In this document: positions 13,848 through 26,510 of the stretch, piece after piece
Position numbering within the stretch: the stretch's first letter is position 1
How the letters are laid out: each line of letters begins with the position of its first letter
Origin: Eledone cirrhosa
Taxonomy: Eukaryota
NCBI GenBank assembly: GCA_964016885.1
Contig: OZ024740.1
Location: forward strand, 75,640,001 to 75,704,000
DNA length: 64,000 nt
Direction of reading: 5' to 3'
Translations under genes and position numbers: made by a program
The notes under the pieces: model-generated
Databases searched by the model: none
What the model was told of the DNA's origin: nothing
What the model saw: only the letters and a program-made list of their open reading frames with translations

Positions 13848-14170
13848 CTACTACTACTACTACTACTACTGCTGCTGCTGCTGTTGCTGCTCATGATGAT
13901 GATGATACTACTATTGCTGCTACTACTACAACTATTGCTGCTGCTGCTACTACTACTACTACTGCTGCTGCTGGTGATGATACTACTATTGCTGCTACTA
14001 CTACAACTACTGCTGCTGCTACTACTACTACTACTGTTGTTGCTGCTGCTGCTGATAGTGATGATACTACTGCTGCTGCTACAACTACAACTACTGCTGC
14101 TACTACTACTGCTACTACTACTGCTACTGCTACTACTACTACTACTACTAACACTGCTATTGCTACTGTA
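13848..14170. repeat. Compound (CTA)n/(CTG)n trinucleotide repeat
   Basis: Direct inspection; intronic, just upstream of RSPH1 exon 2. Confidence 0.95.
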
Positions 14171-14304
14171 GCTGCTCTTTCTAGACAAGAACACATCATC
14201 AGATTGTTAAAGATAAACAAGACTCCTGAGATGGTACACACCTTATAAAAATATCAAAAACAAACAAATACAGATAGGGTAAATGTATTTGTTCTAAGAA
14301 CATT

Positions 14305-14725
14305 ATTATTATGGATTGGCAGTATCGGTAGAGCGTCAGACATGCTTTGTGGTATAGAGTTATGGCCCTTTACGTCCTGAGTTCAAATCCCGCTGAGGTT
14401 AACTTTCCCTTTCATCCTTATGGGGTCGATAAAATAAAGTACCAGTAATGCACTAGGGTCGATTTAATTGACTTACCCCTCCCCTTCAAAGTGCTGGCCT
14501 TGTGCCTAAAGTAGAAACAATTATTAGTCTTATTATATGGTGGTTTGGCAGTATCGGTAGAGGGTCAGACGCTTTGCAGCATAAAGTTATGGCCCTTTAG
14601 TGTCTCAGTTCAAATCCTGCCGAGTTTAACTTTGCCTTTCATCCTTATAGGGTCGATAAAATAAAGTACCAGTAATGCACTGGGTAATTGGTGGCCTTGT
14701 GCCAAAAGTAGAAACAATTATTATT
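14305..14725 (+). mobile_element. Two tandem tRNA-derived SINEs with conserved central domain CTTTCATCCTTA.GGGTCGATAAAATAAAGTACC
   Basis: A/B boxes (TGGCAGTATCGGTAGAG; GAGTTCAAATCC). Other copies at ~3610-3740, ~31770-31890, ~37355-37435(-), ~42505-42695(-). Confidence 0.85.
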
Positions 14726-15329
14726 AGTCGTATTTACATTGTCTTGTTACTAAATTATCGAGCATAGCTCCATGTGCCTTGGGTTTGTGCAGTGTTGTTT
14801 TCAGTATTGTTATTTCTATTGTAACTCTCCCTAATATATGTGCAATGTCTAGTAGTGCTATTTTCTGTATGCTGTTTATATTTGTAAGTCGTAAGGTTTT
14901 GCTTATGTATCTGTCTGATTTTTATTATTCTCTGAGCACCTATTATTATAAGGGTTGGCTGTTTTATCATCCATATTTGGGTATTTCATAATGTTGGCAT
15001 AACTCTCAGTATATGATGTAAATCCCAACTATGTCATGTCTGTGGATATTTTCATTTTTGGTTAAAACTGGCTGTGTCTACGCATGAGTGTGTGTATTTG
15101 TGTGTATGTGTGTGTATGTATGTCTGTTTATGTATGTGTGTGTATATGTATGTATTTGTATATATTTGTATGTTCTTCTGGTTTTATAATTTTATAAATG
15201 TTTGCCAATAGAGAGAGAGTTGGTTTCTAATATAGATACAAGACTCTCTCATTGGAATTTAAACTTGCATAGAAGAATAAAGGATGTGTAATGTAATGAT
15301 ATATACAAGTTTACATAGACCATATCGGT

Positions 15330-15910
15330 TGTGAAGTGGTGGCTACTGATTTCCCAGACAAGCCAGGGAAGTGTCTTGCTTATGTATGGTCATGCACAAG
15401 GGAGGTTGTCATGTCTTTGATACAACTGTGGGTTGACTCAACCCTTTGTTTGGTAAGCTCTTCCTATCACCAACCACTTTACATCATGTAATGGGTGCAT
15501 TTTTCATGTAGATCACCAACATTAGGAGGCTGTCATGTCATTGGCATGACTCAGGGGTCAGGAGCACCCTTTGTTTGGTAAGCTTTCTATAGCTGGATGC
15601 TCTTCCAATCACCAACCACTTTACAGCATGTAATGGGTGCATTTATCATTTAGATCACCAACATTAGGGAGGCTGTTATGTCTTTGACATGATTGAAGGG
15701 TCCTCCTGACCCTTTGTTTGGTAAGCTTTCTATGGATGGATGCCCTTCATATCACCAATCACTTTACAGCGTGTATTGGGCATTTATCGTGTAGATCACA
15801 AAACACTAGGGAAGCTGTCACACCTTGGCACGGCTGAAAGGTCCTCCCAATCCTTTGTTTGGCAGGCCCTCCACTGCTGGATCCCTTTCCATCACCAACC
15901 ACTTTACAAG
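15330..15910 (-). repeat. Tandemly repeated (~135 bp x4) RTE 3'UTR-derived unit
   Basis: Repeated CCCTTTGTTTGGTAAGCT...TCACCAACCACTTTACA...TAGATCACCAACATTAGG. Confidence 0.75.
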
Positions 15911-16317
15911 GGGACAGCAGCTAGGAGCATGTATGTGGGGAGGTGACATGGGATGTGTGCAGTGAAGGTTGTAATAGTGTGAGGGATAGCTGTTGGTGAG
16001 CTGTGGTGGAAGAGGGGGGGATCAGATCAAATTGTATGTTGCAGGTTGGGTATTTTTATATGAGGACATGGAAATGATCAGTTTGGGACCCAAATGCGCT
16101 GTTAGCTCACAATGAGTAAGAGACCCATAGAAAACTCTGATGTAAAACCTACGACTTGATGGCAACCGATAATATTAATCTGTTCTGCTTTTTGGATACA
16201 TGTCATTATTGTTCTGAGAATGAAAATGTTCCAGCAAAGACTTTCTTCACTTTAAAAAACCTTCAATTACAGACTTGATCTCAATGTCTTACACATGTTA
16301 CATGAGCATACCTATCA

Positions 16318-16596
16318 GTAGCTGAAAAGGTTTAAAGAAAAGGGATGTTTCTCTTTGTCGAATAAATAAATGCACAATCAAGTCTAACAATCATTTTATT
16401 TAATGCAATAATTTAGTAAATTTCCTACAACGTCAATATTTTGAGGAGCGGATCTTTCCACGTCTGTTCATGTCCGTGGTCCAAAAAAGAGTGAGTGAAC
16501 CTGTGGCTGTGTCCGGGTGTATTTTTGCTCCGCTCCCTGAAGGGTTGTTAAGGGGAGGCAACTGCTAGTTGCCAAGTGACCATCTCAGCCACTACA
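16318..16596 (-). mobile_element. Probable 3' LTR of the minus-strand Gypsy element
   Basis: Minus strand begins TGTAGTGGCTGA, contains AATAAA, ends TCAGCTAC. Lies downstream of the integrase. Confidence 0.6.
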
Positions 16597-17058
16597 TTCA
16601 CCTCGGAGCAGATTTTTTGTCGAAAAATCGTTAACAATGAAGCGAAGGTAGTTTACAAAATGTAGAAGAATGTATCAACAAATTTTTAAAAAAAATAATA
16701 AATAGGTTCATGTCTGCAAGCATTAACACAGAAAAAAAAACAAAAAAACGTACAGTAAAAGATGCAAAATGCATGAAAAGATAACACTCTTCGCAATAAA
16801 GGGGCCCCAGATGCGATAAACAAGAAAAAAAATGTTTTGCTAGGCAATGAAAATGCCATATGTAGCATAGTTATAAAAATGCACTAAAAAAAAAGGACTG
16901 TGTCAGAATTGACAACAGTCGTAATGTTACGCAAAATATAATATATTGACACTGCTGTAGGCAGTCAAGAATCCAAAAGTAACAAAATGCAATGTACAAC
17001 AAAAACAATTGGAAGGAAAAAAAACAAAAAAAAAAAACAAAAAAAAATACAATTCAGT

Positions 17059-18070
17059 TTATATTACTGCATAGCTTACGGGGCCAATGAACCCTTCGCC
17101 CAGAACGGGTCGTAATTCTGTGTGTTGATGGTGGGGGGGGGGAGAAATAGGCCTGTGTGGCAAAGAAAAAGAGGGGGGCATTTGAGTTTCAAGTGTCATT
17201 GTGTCATTGTCCAGGTTTGCTCGTTTGAGACGATCAACGGAAACCGTTTCCCTGGAACTCCGAATGTCCAGTGTGAAATGTTTGTCTGTGCGAGCAAGCA
17301 CACGATAGGGTCCAGAGTACGGCCGTTGAAGAGGGGGTCTCACGGCGTCGTCTCTAACGAACACATGGGTCCACAAGGCAATATCCCTTGGGACGGCAGT
17401 TTTTACAGTCTGCTTCCTAGTGCCTATCGGTGGTAGATCCTTGAAATAAGAGTGAAGCCGGGACACGTAGGAAGCGGGGTCCTGCGAAGTCATGTCAAAA
17501 GGGGCCAGCATTTGCCCCGGTAACGCCAGAGGCGTACCATAAACTAATTCGGCAGAGGAGAACCCAAGGTCCACCTTTACCGTCGACCGAATACCCAACA
17601 ATACAATGGGTAGGTACTCGCTCCAACGTGAAGAGTCCATGGAAGCCCTTAAGGAGGCTTTGAGCTGCCTGTGGAATCTTTCCACCATTCCGTTTGAGGC
17701 TGGATGGTAAGCCGTGGTTCTTATTCTAGTAGCCCCCAGGATTTGGGTTAATTCTCGGAAGAGGTTAGACTCAAATTGACGACCACGATCCGTTGTTATG
17801 GTGGTTGGTACACCGAAACGAGCGATCCACGAAGATACGAGAGTACGGGCTGTGGTTTCGGCGGTGATATCTGTCATAGGGACGGCTTCAGGCCAACGCG
17901 AAAAACGGTCAACAATCGTCAAAAGATACGAAAAACCACGACTAACCGGCCACGGGCCGACGATGTACACATGAATGTGACGAAATCTTGCATCGGGGCA
18001 GGTGAATGTTCCGAGAGGAGCCTTAACATGTCTATGAACTTTCGCTTGTTGGCAAGCGACACAGGAACAT
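17059..18070 (-). mobile_element. Ty3/Gypsy integrase fragment (CxxC, D,D(35)E, GPY/F), first catalytic D mutated to Y
   Basis: [12 protein letters not shown]...HVYIVGP (normally HVDIVGP)...TTDRGRQF...[17 protein letters not shown]...PYSGPY...VSVDRLK. Confidence 0.93.
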
Positions 18071-18883
18071 TTATTTTCGATGAACCTTATTTTTTCAACC
18101 TAACTTATCCTTGTATTGGCACGTGTAGGCAGCACAAATTCTCAACTCACGGAGATATCTCGACTCACAGAGATAGCCGCACGCCAGAGATAACGTTTCT
18201 CGCCAAGGATTCTTCAGCCTTAAGCTATATTCTCCTATTTGCCGGTTTAAAAATTTACCATGTAAATTTGCCATTGAAAACTGCGCATTTATTCAGAATG
18301 CTTATTTCTTTGGTCGCTGGCCTCTTGACCCTTCCAGGTCAACGCATTCTCAACATCGACTGTTATTTCTAGCACTTTGCGCAACTCATTTTTTCTTTAA
18401 AAAATTTTTTTACTGTGAATTTAAACACCGAATACGCTCACTCCGCGAGACATCAACAGCAACACAGCTTCACCAACAACCAAAACCAGCAGAACAGGCC
18501 AGAGAATTTATTTTTGCAGCACTCTTCCTGTGAGAAAATCCATTCGGAGGTTGGAAATTTCACGATATACCACAGAACAGAAACCACCTGCATTCATTCT
18601 CTGGAACTTTCTTTCCTGCTGTCATGTGATTGCACACCTGTGAACTATATTTTGTACATTTGAACTTTGAGCCCTTCTCTTACTTTATTACATTGTATCT
18701 TTGGGTGATGGATAGATAGATGTCCAGTCGTTCTCTGGCCAAGAGCGGTTGGCTACCTTGATATCTATCATTGATTTTTGCAAACATTCTTTTGTCGTAA
18801 TTTTCATGCCTGTTACAACATTCTCGCCAACTTGCTACATATTTCATGCGATTTTTATATTCTAAAATTCTGGCGGGAGGTTA

Positions 18884-19200
18884 TGTAGCAGTGGCCTCCC
18901 TTGTTGTGACTCACAACCCCTATAGATTAACAACATCTAGACGGGAAGTAGAACCCTTTCTGTAACTTCCGGTCAGAGCCCTATAAAACGAATAGCTTTG
19001 GGCTCTCTCCCTCTCATTTGCCCTTCCGGCGCCTGGTCTTCGCCAGGCGTCTCGCGTTTGCCTGGCAATCAAAACGGTAACTACTAACTTTGCTTCATTC
19101 TATCATCTATTTCTTTGACATGACAACTATACTGTTCTATATATATACTATTAGATTGTTAATTAAATATTATATACACAAACCATGTCTCCTTGTTACA
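18884..19200 (+). mobile_element. LTR preceded by a polypurine tract (plus-strand Gypsy 3' end)
   Basis: GGCGGGAGGTTA|TGTAGCAG...CTATAAAA...TTGTTACA termini. Upstream degenerate GLLTLPGQ resembles integrase GTPLALPGQ. Confidence 0.55.
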
Positions 19201-19384
19201 TTCATACAACCCAGTATCTTTGCTATAGGTTTTTTTTTTAATTTTAATTCGCAACAGCATATGCAGAAAGGAATGTAAGTCCTTGGGAGGGCTAAAAATC
19301 ATGTTTGTGCCACTCATGTATAAGCAAACGATCAAGTGATGGCACTTCTCGAAACCGTGATGCAATCATGTATATATGTGTGTA

Positions 19385-19431
<47 letters not shown>

Positions 19432-19687
19432 TTGTGCGTACGTATGTTTGTATGTGTGAGTGTATGTATACATGTTTATGTATGTGCATGTATATGTGTG
19501 TGTATGTGTGTCTAGAGTTGCCAGCATACTGCCAAGATCACACTCATTTTCCTCAACATTACCTATATCTGTATCGGTATTACTGGTGCATACTTTATCG
19601 GCTCAAAACAATATACATTATATTTTAAAAGTTTCACAATAAAGAACGTTGTAAACAATGAATTCAAAAGACACAAATTCTACATAC

Positions 19688-19741
19688 TCCTAAATAGGCA
19701 CCTTGTTCTTCCTCTCCCTCATCCGACCCTGGATAAGACAT
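19688..19741 (-). CDS. RSPH1: Radial spoke head 1 homolog, coding exon 1 (MSYPGSDEGEEEQGAYLG)
   Basis: ATG at 19741-19739, 18 codons, donor GGA|GTATGT (phase 0). Acidic N-terminus resembles vertebrate RSPH1 (MSDLGSEELEEEGENDIG) and splices in frame to exon 2. Confidence 0.88.
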
Positions 19742-19823
19742 TTTTCTTGCACACTGGATGTAATAGTAACCAACAAACTTGGGACCGTTTAAAGAAATTA
19801 CAACGAGCACTACATAAATAGCT

Positions 19824-19836
19824 GTTACCTAGCAAC
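19824..19836. promoter_or_regulatory. RFX X-box in the RSPH1 promoter (GTTACCTAGCAAC)
   Basis: Fits the X-box consensus GTTNCY-N0-3-RGYAAC, about 80 bp upstream of the ATG of a ciliary gene. Confidence 0.8.
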
Positions 19837-20572
19837 GAAACGCCACACACTCAACGTACTATTTAACTATACGAACGACTTTATTGCAATTAAGGCCGCT
19901 TAGGGAATGCATGTTATTGTTTACTCTCTGGTCACGAATAATCGACCCCCACCAACCGTTTATTAACTTTTCAGGTTTTTTCCACACACACCTCCGTTCT
20001 TATTCCACCCCACCCCTACCGATTATTAAATTTTCCTAATCTATCTCCAGCGAAATTTTAATTTTATTTAGACATTACAACACATCATACCTGACAAACA
20101 AAAAAAAAGTACATTGTCAGAAATCCCGTACGTTATAAAATAAATAGGATGGGGTCTCAGTATGTAAACTAAACGACTGATTCTGATTTCTTTTAAAAAA
20201 GCAACGGAGACAACCTAGAAAAATTACCGATCCACCTCTCCCAATTATTCCAGCCCCTCCCCCTTACCGCCCTCCCCGTTGATCAAGCAGAATTATGATG
20301 AAAGACGTTCTAGACATGAATATGTTAACTTTTACGTTATTTACATAAGTGGGATATTCCCATTGATGCTCATAATAACAACGAGTGTACGCGGAAAGCC
20401 GTGAGATCCCCTTTAAATCGCACTCTTCCTTAGAAAAGTTAAAACGTTCTCTTTAGAGAGTGATTTCAACAAATTCCTAATTTTTTTATCCCCAGTTGTA
20501 GAAATAACATTACAAATTTACAGTAGAATAACATAACAAATATGTTTTAAATATATACATAAATAACAATAC

Positions 20573-21318
20573 TATAACGGCGGCGAAGATTCGAAATCTA
20601 ATCTGAGCTTTCCCGCCTCTGGGACAAGCCGTGGTAAGTTGTTTACGCTCACGAGACTAACCCCTTGGGAGGTGCTAAACACAGGTCAGAGGTGTTTACG
20701 CCTGACAGAAAATAAGTCAGAGGATATATCCATCTTTCTGAGTTGTTTACGCTTGGCAAACTAATCCCTTGGGAGACTCTAACCAAAGTTCAGAGGATAT
20801 ATCTATCCTTCTAACTTCAAACCTTATAAATACAGGGGTTGTTTACGCCCCGGGAGAAAAGAAGTGATATACAGACAAGACAAGTCGCATTTACAAGCAC
20901 TCGTCACGAAAAACCCGTCTGTCATTAATTTCCTCTCCTGTCTGGCTGATCGTTACTACTACTACTAAAACAAGCAAATATACTGATACGCACACACGCA
21001 TTCATAGTGAATTCACACTGTTTGTATTTTTACACGCACCATTTCTGTTTATACATATTGTATCTTTCGGAGACAGTACAAATTATATTATAATCGTATT
21101 CTGTGATACTTGTATTTAAGTGGCTTGAAGAACCACCAAATTATTGTACGAATATTTTGTGTTATTGATTTTATCATTCAATATTCAAATTGAATATTGT
21201 TATAATAAAATAAACTTTGTAACAACACAATCCTGGTATTTTTCTTTACATTGAAACCACCATACCAACAGTTTCATCCATCCACTTATCGTTACAATCA
21301 CACAAATATTCCGTTACA
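20573..21318 (+). mobile_element. Solo LTR (~746 bp)
   Basis: TATAACGG...CCGTTACA inverted termini (TG decayed to TA), near-TSD ATAC/TTAC, TATAAA at ~20825, AATAAA at ~21204, internal GTTGTTTACGC repeats. Confidence 0.7.
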
Positions 21319-21478
21319 TTACAAATGCTTAGATAACATTATAAATTGCTCGCGATTCTTTCAGAAAGATATATTCCTTTAATGTTGCAATATTAAAGAA
21401 AATGTAAAGGAAGGGGGGAACAACCGAGCCAACACCAGAGCAAAAGACAGGAACGTCGCGAGGAGTACCGGGCAACCT

Positions 21479-21830
21479 CTAATGATTTTTGAGGCAAACC
21501 AGCACACTCGCAGCGTTGCCTCGGGTGATGGCGAGGCTAATGCGCTGGAACAACCAAGCGCCCTCGCGAGATTCGCCAGTTACCTCTATTAGGCGAGCCA
21601 TCAGTGAAGAGAGGAACCTCGCAGTCAGCGGCCTGACTCCCCCAAACGTCTCGAAAGCCGCAGTCTGAAAAATGTAGCTAGCCGACAGATCACAGTATTT
21701 GAGCGTCTTACTCCGCTCGGCTGCGGAAGCTGTACCTCTCGTCCTAACCGCAGCATCTAGGATGTGAGAAGAAGCAAAAGAGTCACTAACAGTGACGTCC
21801 CAAGACAAGGCACCTGCCTCTCGACCATTT
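21479..21830 (-). mobile_element. CRE-like non-LTR retrotransposon 3' end (restriction-like endonuclease)
   Basis: WDVTVSD..ASS..AAERSK.LKY..L...Y.F...AFETFG....FL..L..R....TG..RE...LFQRISLAITRGNA. Confidence 0.85.
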
Positions 21831-21899
21831 TAAAGAAAAGGTCAAGGCCAGTCCATAAGTTGGTATTATCAAGCCAGTGTTTTGGATGTCGACTCTTGC

Positions 21900-23660
21900 T
21901 TCTCTTACTGGCTAACTTTCCTTCTACACCATGAGTTGATCTTTCGTTATGACCATACAGTTTAAGTACTCTAGTGCATGTTTGACCAGTACATTCAAAA
22001 ATGTTTGCAGATTAGTTCTAGAGTAACTCATGATGGCCAGATTGTCTGCATAGCTAAGATTTGATAGGATTTGATCTCCTATTTGATAGCTGGAAGAGCA
22101 TTCTTTTTTAGTTTGGTAGATAAGTGCAGCTATAACGATACAGGAAAGAAGTATTGATAGTACATCTCCCTGCTTAACTCCCTTCAAGATACACTGTGTA
22201 GTTCCCAAATCTGTTTTGATATATGCTGTTGAGTCGGAGTACGTTTCTTTCAGTAGGTTGATGCATTTCTTGTTAATTGAGGTTTTGTTTAAGAATTACT
22301 ACAAGCTGGGTAGTTTCACGCTGTCAAAAGCTTTTTTGAAGTCAATGAAGGTGATGTGCACAGGTTGTTGAATTGTATTGATTTCTCAATGATTTGTTCA
22401 ATAACTAGGATCTGCTCAATGGTGCCTCTTCCAGGTTGATATGCAGCTTGTGTTTCAGGAAATAAGGCATAAAGGTCTAATTTCATTCATGCTGCAATGA
22501 TACTCATGAAAAGCTTGTAAACGTGACTCAATAGGCTGATAGGACAATAGTTTTCACAGTCAAGTTCCTGTTGTGATAATAGAGTTAAAAAGATGTTTAA
22601 GTGTTTTGATAAGTGGTTCACTGCCAGTTTTGATGAATTCTGAGTATATGTTGTCTAGTCCAAAGCTCTTCCTCCCTTCAAATTCTTGATGGTATGAAAT
22701 ATCTCGCTAGTTAAGATAGGTGGAATGGGATCTGATGTTGAATCATGAATGGTTGTTGGTTCTACGTTGCTGAAGCACAGTTCTTCATAGAATTTATCCC
22801 AGTGTTCAAGGATATCATCTTTACTAGTGAGAATAATACCATTTGAATTTTGATGCCCCAGCTAAGATTTCTTGGTTTAGTCTTTAGTTTCTTCAAAACA
22901 GCATGCTATAACCCTCTCAATGTTGTACATTTGTTGTACAAGTTCTTGGATTCAGCTTTCGCTATTCTATATTTGGCTAATGTATAGCCACATTCTCTTC
23001 TGATTCTATGTTTTTCAGATATTGCTTTCTTTCTTTGTTGGACATCCACTGTGGAATGAAAAGGCTTTCTTTAGATAAAATCTCTTCAGATACTTCTTTT
23101 ATGCCTCTGCAGATAGTATCATAAATGTTGTTGGGGTCATCATCATATTGCTATGCTGAAAATTGGTTTTGCAACTCAAGTTTGAATCGGCCTGTATATT
23201 GTCATAAAGCTCTGTATGTACAGATGTGGGAAAATATCACTGGATAAATACAAAACTTACCTTTCAAGCTCAGAACGGCTAGTCTGTCCGATATAGGTTG
23301 ATAGTCATATACACGTACTAGTGATGCACACATTTTGTTAACCAATCCGTTTATGTAGCAAGTCTCATTGCTTGACAGATAAAGATAGTTTCAGTTATAT
23401 TGATGTATCTTGATTTTGTTTTCCGTTGATTTAGTCTCTGGTGGTCTGATGATATCTCAGTTTACTTTCTCAAATTCATAAAGCATTGTCTTGAGTAGGC
23501 TCATAAAATTAACATGAGAATTTCACTTCAGAGTTTTAATGTACAGAGGAGGCTACCTCCGATCCCTTGAAGAGTGAACAGGATGGCACATCAGCAGCCC
23601 TGGACTGATTAACAGCTACGACCAGGGGATCAGACCAGTAACCTCGATCTGGTTTGATTC
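21900..23660 (-). mobile_element. Degenerate RTE-like LINE (APE + RT)
   Basis: NYCPISLLSH, FIDFKKAFDSV, KGVKQGDVLS, LSYADNL; many stops. Confidence 0.8.
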
Positions 23661-24033
23661 ATGCTAACAAAAGAAATACCCAGACATAGAAAAAGACCTT
23701 CAATATCTGAACATACAACACACATACTATCAACGACCTTAATACATAATTATGTGTACAAATAAACACAATATATATTTTTAAAAAAAATGAAAAATGT
23801 GGAACAAGAAAGGAGACTGGAATCAACATCCCCTCAATTCCGGAGCCAACTGGATTGTTCTAGGTCGGAGGGTTGAGGCCACAGAAATGACAACTGAAAA
23901 ATATATATATATATGAATGTATGTATAGTATATTTAGCAATATGTTTAGTTAAAACATTTAGAAGACCATATGCTATCAGTTTTAAAGTAGTGACTATGT
24001 CACTTACTTCTTTTTGGTGAAAGAAGGGAGAGA

Positions 24034-24075
24034 AGCTGACAGTCTGTTTCACACTGGTTGGCATTCATCAGAGCC
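24034..24075 (-). ncRNA. Type I hammerhead ribozyme (copy A of a 316-nt-spaced pair)
   Basis: GGCU-CUGAUGA-AUGC CAACCA GUGU-GAAA-CAGACU-GUC^-AGCU. Confidence 0.8.
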
Positions 24076-24349
24076 ACGTACCCCCCTGCTTTCGCTGAAA
24101 ATTATAGAAGCTGGATTTTTATAGAATTCCAGTAATAATCAGGAGCTGATTATACAGAGCGATTGCTGGTCCAGCAAAAAATTATGTATTAGGATTGGTG
24201 CTCTGAAATAACGATGTATACATGAATGTATGTATAGTATATTTGGCAATATACTGTATGTTTAGTTAAAACATTTAGAAGACCATACGCTATAAGTTTT
24301 AAAGTAGTGACTATGTCACTTACTTCTTTTCGGCAAAAGAAGGGAGAGA

Positions 24350-24391
24350 AGCTGACAGCCCATTTCACGCTGGTTGGCGTTCATCAGAGCT
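24350..24391 (-). ncRNA. Type I hammerhead ribozyme (copy B)
   Basis: AGCU-CUGAUGA-ACGC CAACCA GCGU-GAAA-UGGGCU-GUC^-AGCU. Perfect stem II, wobble stem III. Confidence 0.78.
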
Positions 24392-24409
24392 GCGTACCCC
24401 CCCCCCCCC

Positions 24410-24720
24410 TGTGAACAATCAAGTCCAAATCTCCAGGATGACCGGAGACTAAGCAGGACTATTGGTAGCTCATCATACCAATTGGCACTTGTAGTTCTGG
24501 CTTTGATTGCAGCTTTCAGTTGGCAGTGGAAGGGTTCTATCATTCCATTTGCCTCTGGATGATAGCTTGTAGTGGCATGTCTAGAAATTCCAAGGTGTTT
24601 ATGGAGCTCTGACCAAATATTGATGTAAATTGTGAACTTCTATCTGATGTCATATCTTCCGGAACACCAAAGCAAGATATCCAATGATGAAGAAGTGCTG
24701 GGACATATGTTTCAGTGTAA
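24410..24720 (-). mobile_element. Degenerate Gypsy integrase fragment
   Basis: WISCFGVPEDMTSDRSSQF...TTSYHPEANGMIEPFHCQLKAAIKA...ELPIVLL. Confidence 0.85.
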
Positions 24721-24839
24721 GCATTTTACTGGACACCTGTGGTGGATGTGATTCATTTGTCAGCAGCCATGAATATGCTGGGTGTCCTATAAGAGAGATG
24801 TGTGAGAGGGTGTAATGAGAGAGCACATTATAGACACAT

Positions 24840-25795
24840 CTCTAAAATGTGATCCCGCCCAACACTGTTGAAGGTATGACACATATTCAGATTCCGTAAG
24901 AGGTGAGGTGATGAAGGAGGCATGTGCTCTATGAAGTCTCTGGCCACATAAACAGCCACCTCACATCTACACTTAACTGTCACTCCGAGCTGGACAGGTC
25001 ATCAACAATTGACCTGCAGGCTATCTTGGCCACAAGTTGCCAAAAGATGTTGCCAACTGTAATGGGTTATATACCACTGCCATTCTACTTCAGTGCCATC
25101 AAGTGGTGATGGATCAGAGTAGCTGTGCTCCTGCTTCAATGAAGTGTGGCAAGATTATGTCTCTGAGGTCATCCACTCTATCACAGGCCATCCACTCTGC
25201 TGCTGCTGCTTGCTGGGAAGGATCGCAGGGCTCTGTCACATCCTCGTTTGACACAGACAAGTCAGCAACACTGTAAAGGACCTTGAAGAACTTGATTCAG
25301 CCAGTGGATCCAGGTGCTTGAGACGGAGAGTGGTCAGGACCTCTGATGTGGGCTGGAGTACTGTGTCACACAAGGCCAGCACATACACCACAGCTGAAAT
25401 GTTGCACTCAATTAATTTTCGATTGACTCGAACACAGAACTGTTTCATACTGTTAAGTAAGAAACTGATTAGTGAGGGGTGGTCGAAGGAAGCAACGTTA
25501 CCTCTGAGCCTTGGAGTCAAGGAAAGGACTGAACTCTTCCCCGGTCATCAGGATTGCAAGTATAAGCAACACAAAACTGAAGAGTTTATTCCAGTCTTGT
25601 GGGCTGTTGGTATCAAGCATCTTGTCAATAAACGTTGCTAGCACTTTGGCCATGGAAGGACGGACAGCCCAGGGGATCCTGATTATGACTCTCCATGACT
25701 GCCTGAGGTGGGAGATCATTACGAAGACCTCGTTCGGGCTGAGTGTTGCTAGGATCTCATTCTGTCCTGACCCTACGGGCAGTGCCACCATTTAA
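24840..25795 (-). mobile_element. Degenerate CRE-like ORF N-terminal/RT fragment
   Basis: IIRIPWAVRPSMAKVLATFI...W.KLFSF; ISAVVYVL..DTV.QP.SEVL..L.LKH; RPIAVGN-like segment with stops. Confidence 0.65.
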
Positions 25796-26465
25796 GAGAT
25801 TCCAATGTGCATAAGGTAAGTTTGACCTGTACACAGCTAATTTATAATTAGTTGGTAATTAACAAACTGACAGTTAACCTTTTATCTGTAGGATTAAAAT
25901 ATACCCTTGTGCTTTTTCACTTTTACTTTTCAACTATATATCATCATCATCATCATCATCATCATCAGGTTTAGCGTCCGTGTTCCACGCTTGCATGGGT
26001 TTGGACGGGGGTTTTCCCACTTGAGGCAAGAGTGGTTGTCTTGCTCGCATAGGACTGTCTGGCGGGTTTTCTACAGTTGGATGCCCTTCCTAACACCAAC
26101 CACATTTACAGTGTGGGTCTGGGAGGTTTTTACCGTGTTGCCTACACGGCCACATTACAGCGTGGACTGTCTGTATATATATATATCCAGGGAGCATAAC
26201 GTAAAGTTACTGTAGGTTCACCCAGGTGAGCACTCGATGTTTAGGTTCACGTCAGTGGCGAGGTGTAGAGCTAGACAGAGTGTAATATAATAGTACAAGG
26301 ATGGTTCTTTAAGCCTTCATTACGTTTATTGATTGGTGACGCATGTTTCACTATTGATCAGTTCAAGGTTTGATCTGAATCAATCTGGCCCGACTGGAAA
26401 TCAAAAGGTAGTCAGACGTCTGTTGTAGTAATGACAGAATGAATATACATGGCATATAGTATTAT

Positions 26466-26510
<45 letters not shown>

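Larger units (their letters stand above)
23913..24410 (-). mobile_element. Direct repeat pair (~23913-24088 and ~24222-24410) carrying hammerheads; Penelope pLTR-like or retrozyme-like
   Basis: Shared ATGAATGTATGTATAGTATATTT...AAAGTAGTGACTATGTCACTTAC...TCATCAGAGC. A third, opposite-strand fragment lies at ~11905-12003. Confidence 0.75.

Noticed and set aside
13668-14248. Poly-Leu/Ser/Thr-Ala ORFs (mucin or antifreeze-like)
   Set aside because: Intronic (CTA)/(CTG) repeat; the real coding sequence is RSPH1 exon 2 on the minus strand.
17776-18372. 198-aa plus-strand ORF
   Set aside because: Mostly the antisense of the Gypsy integrase, running into decayed element sequence.
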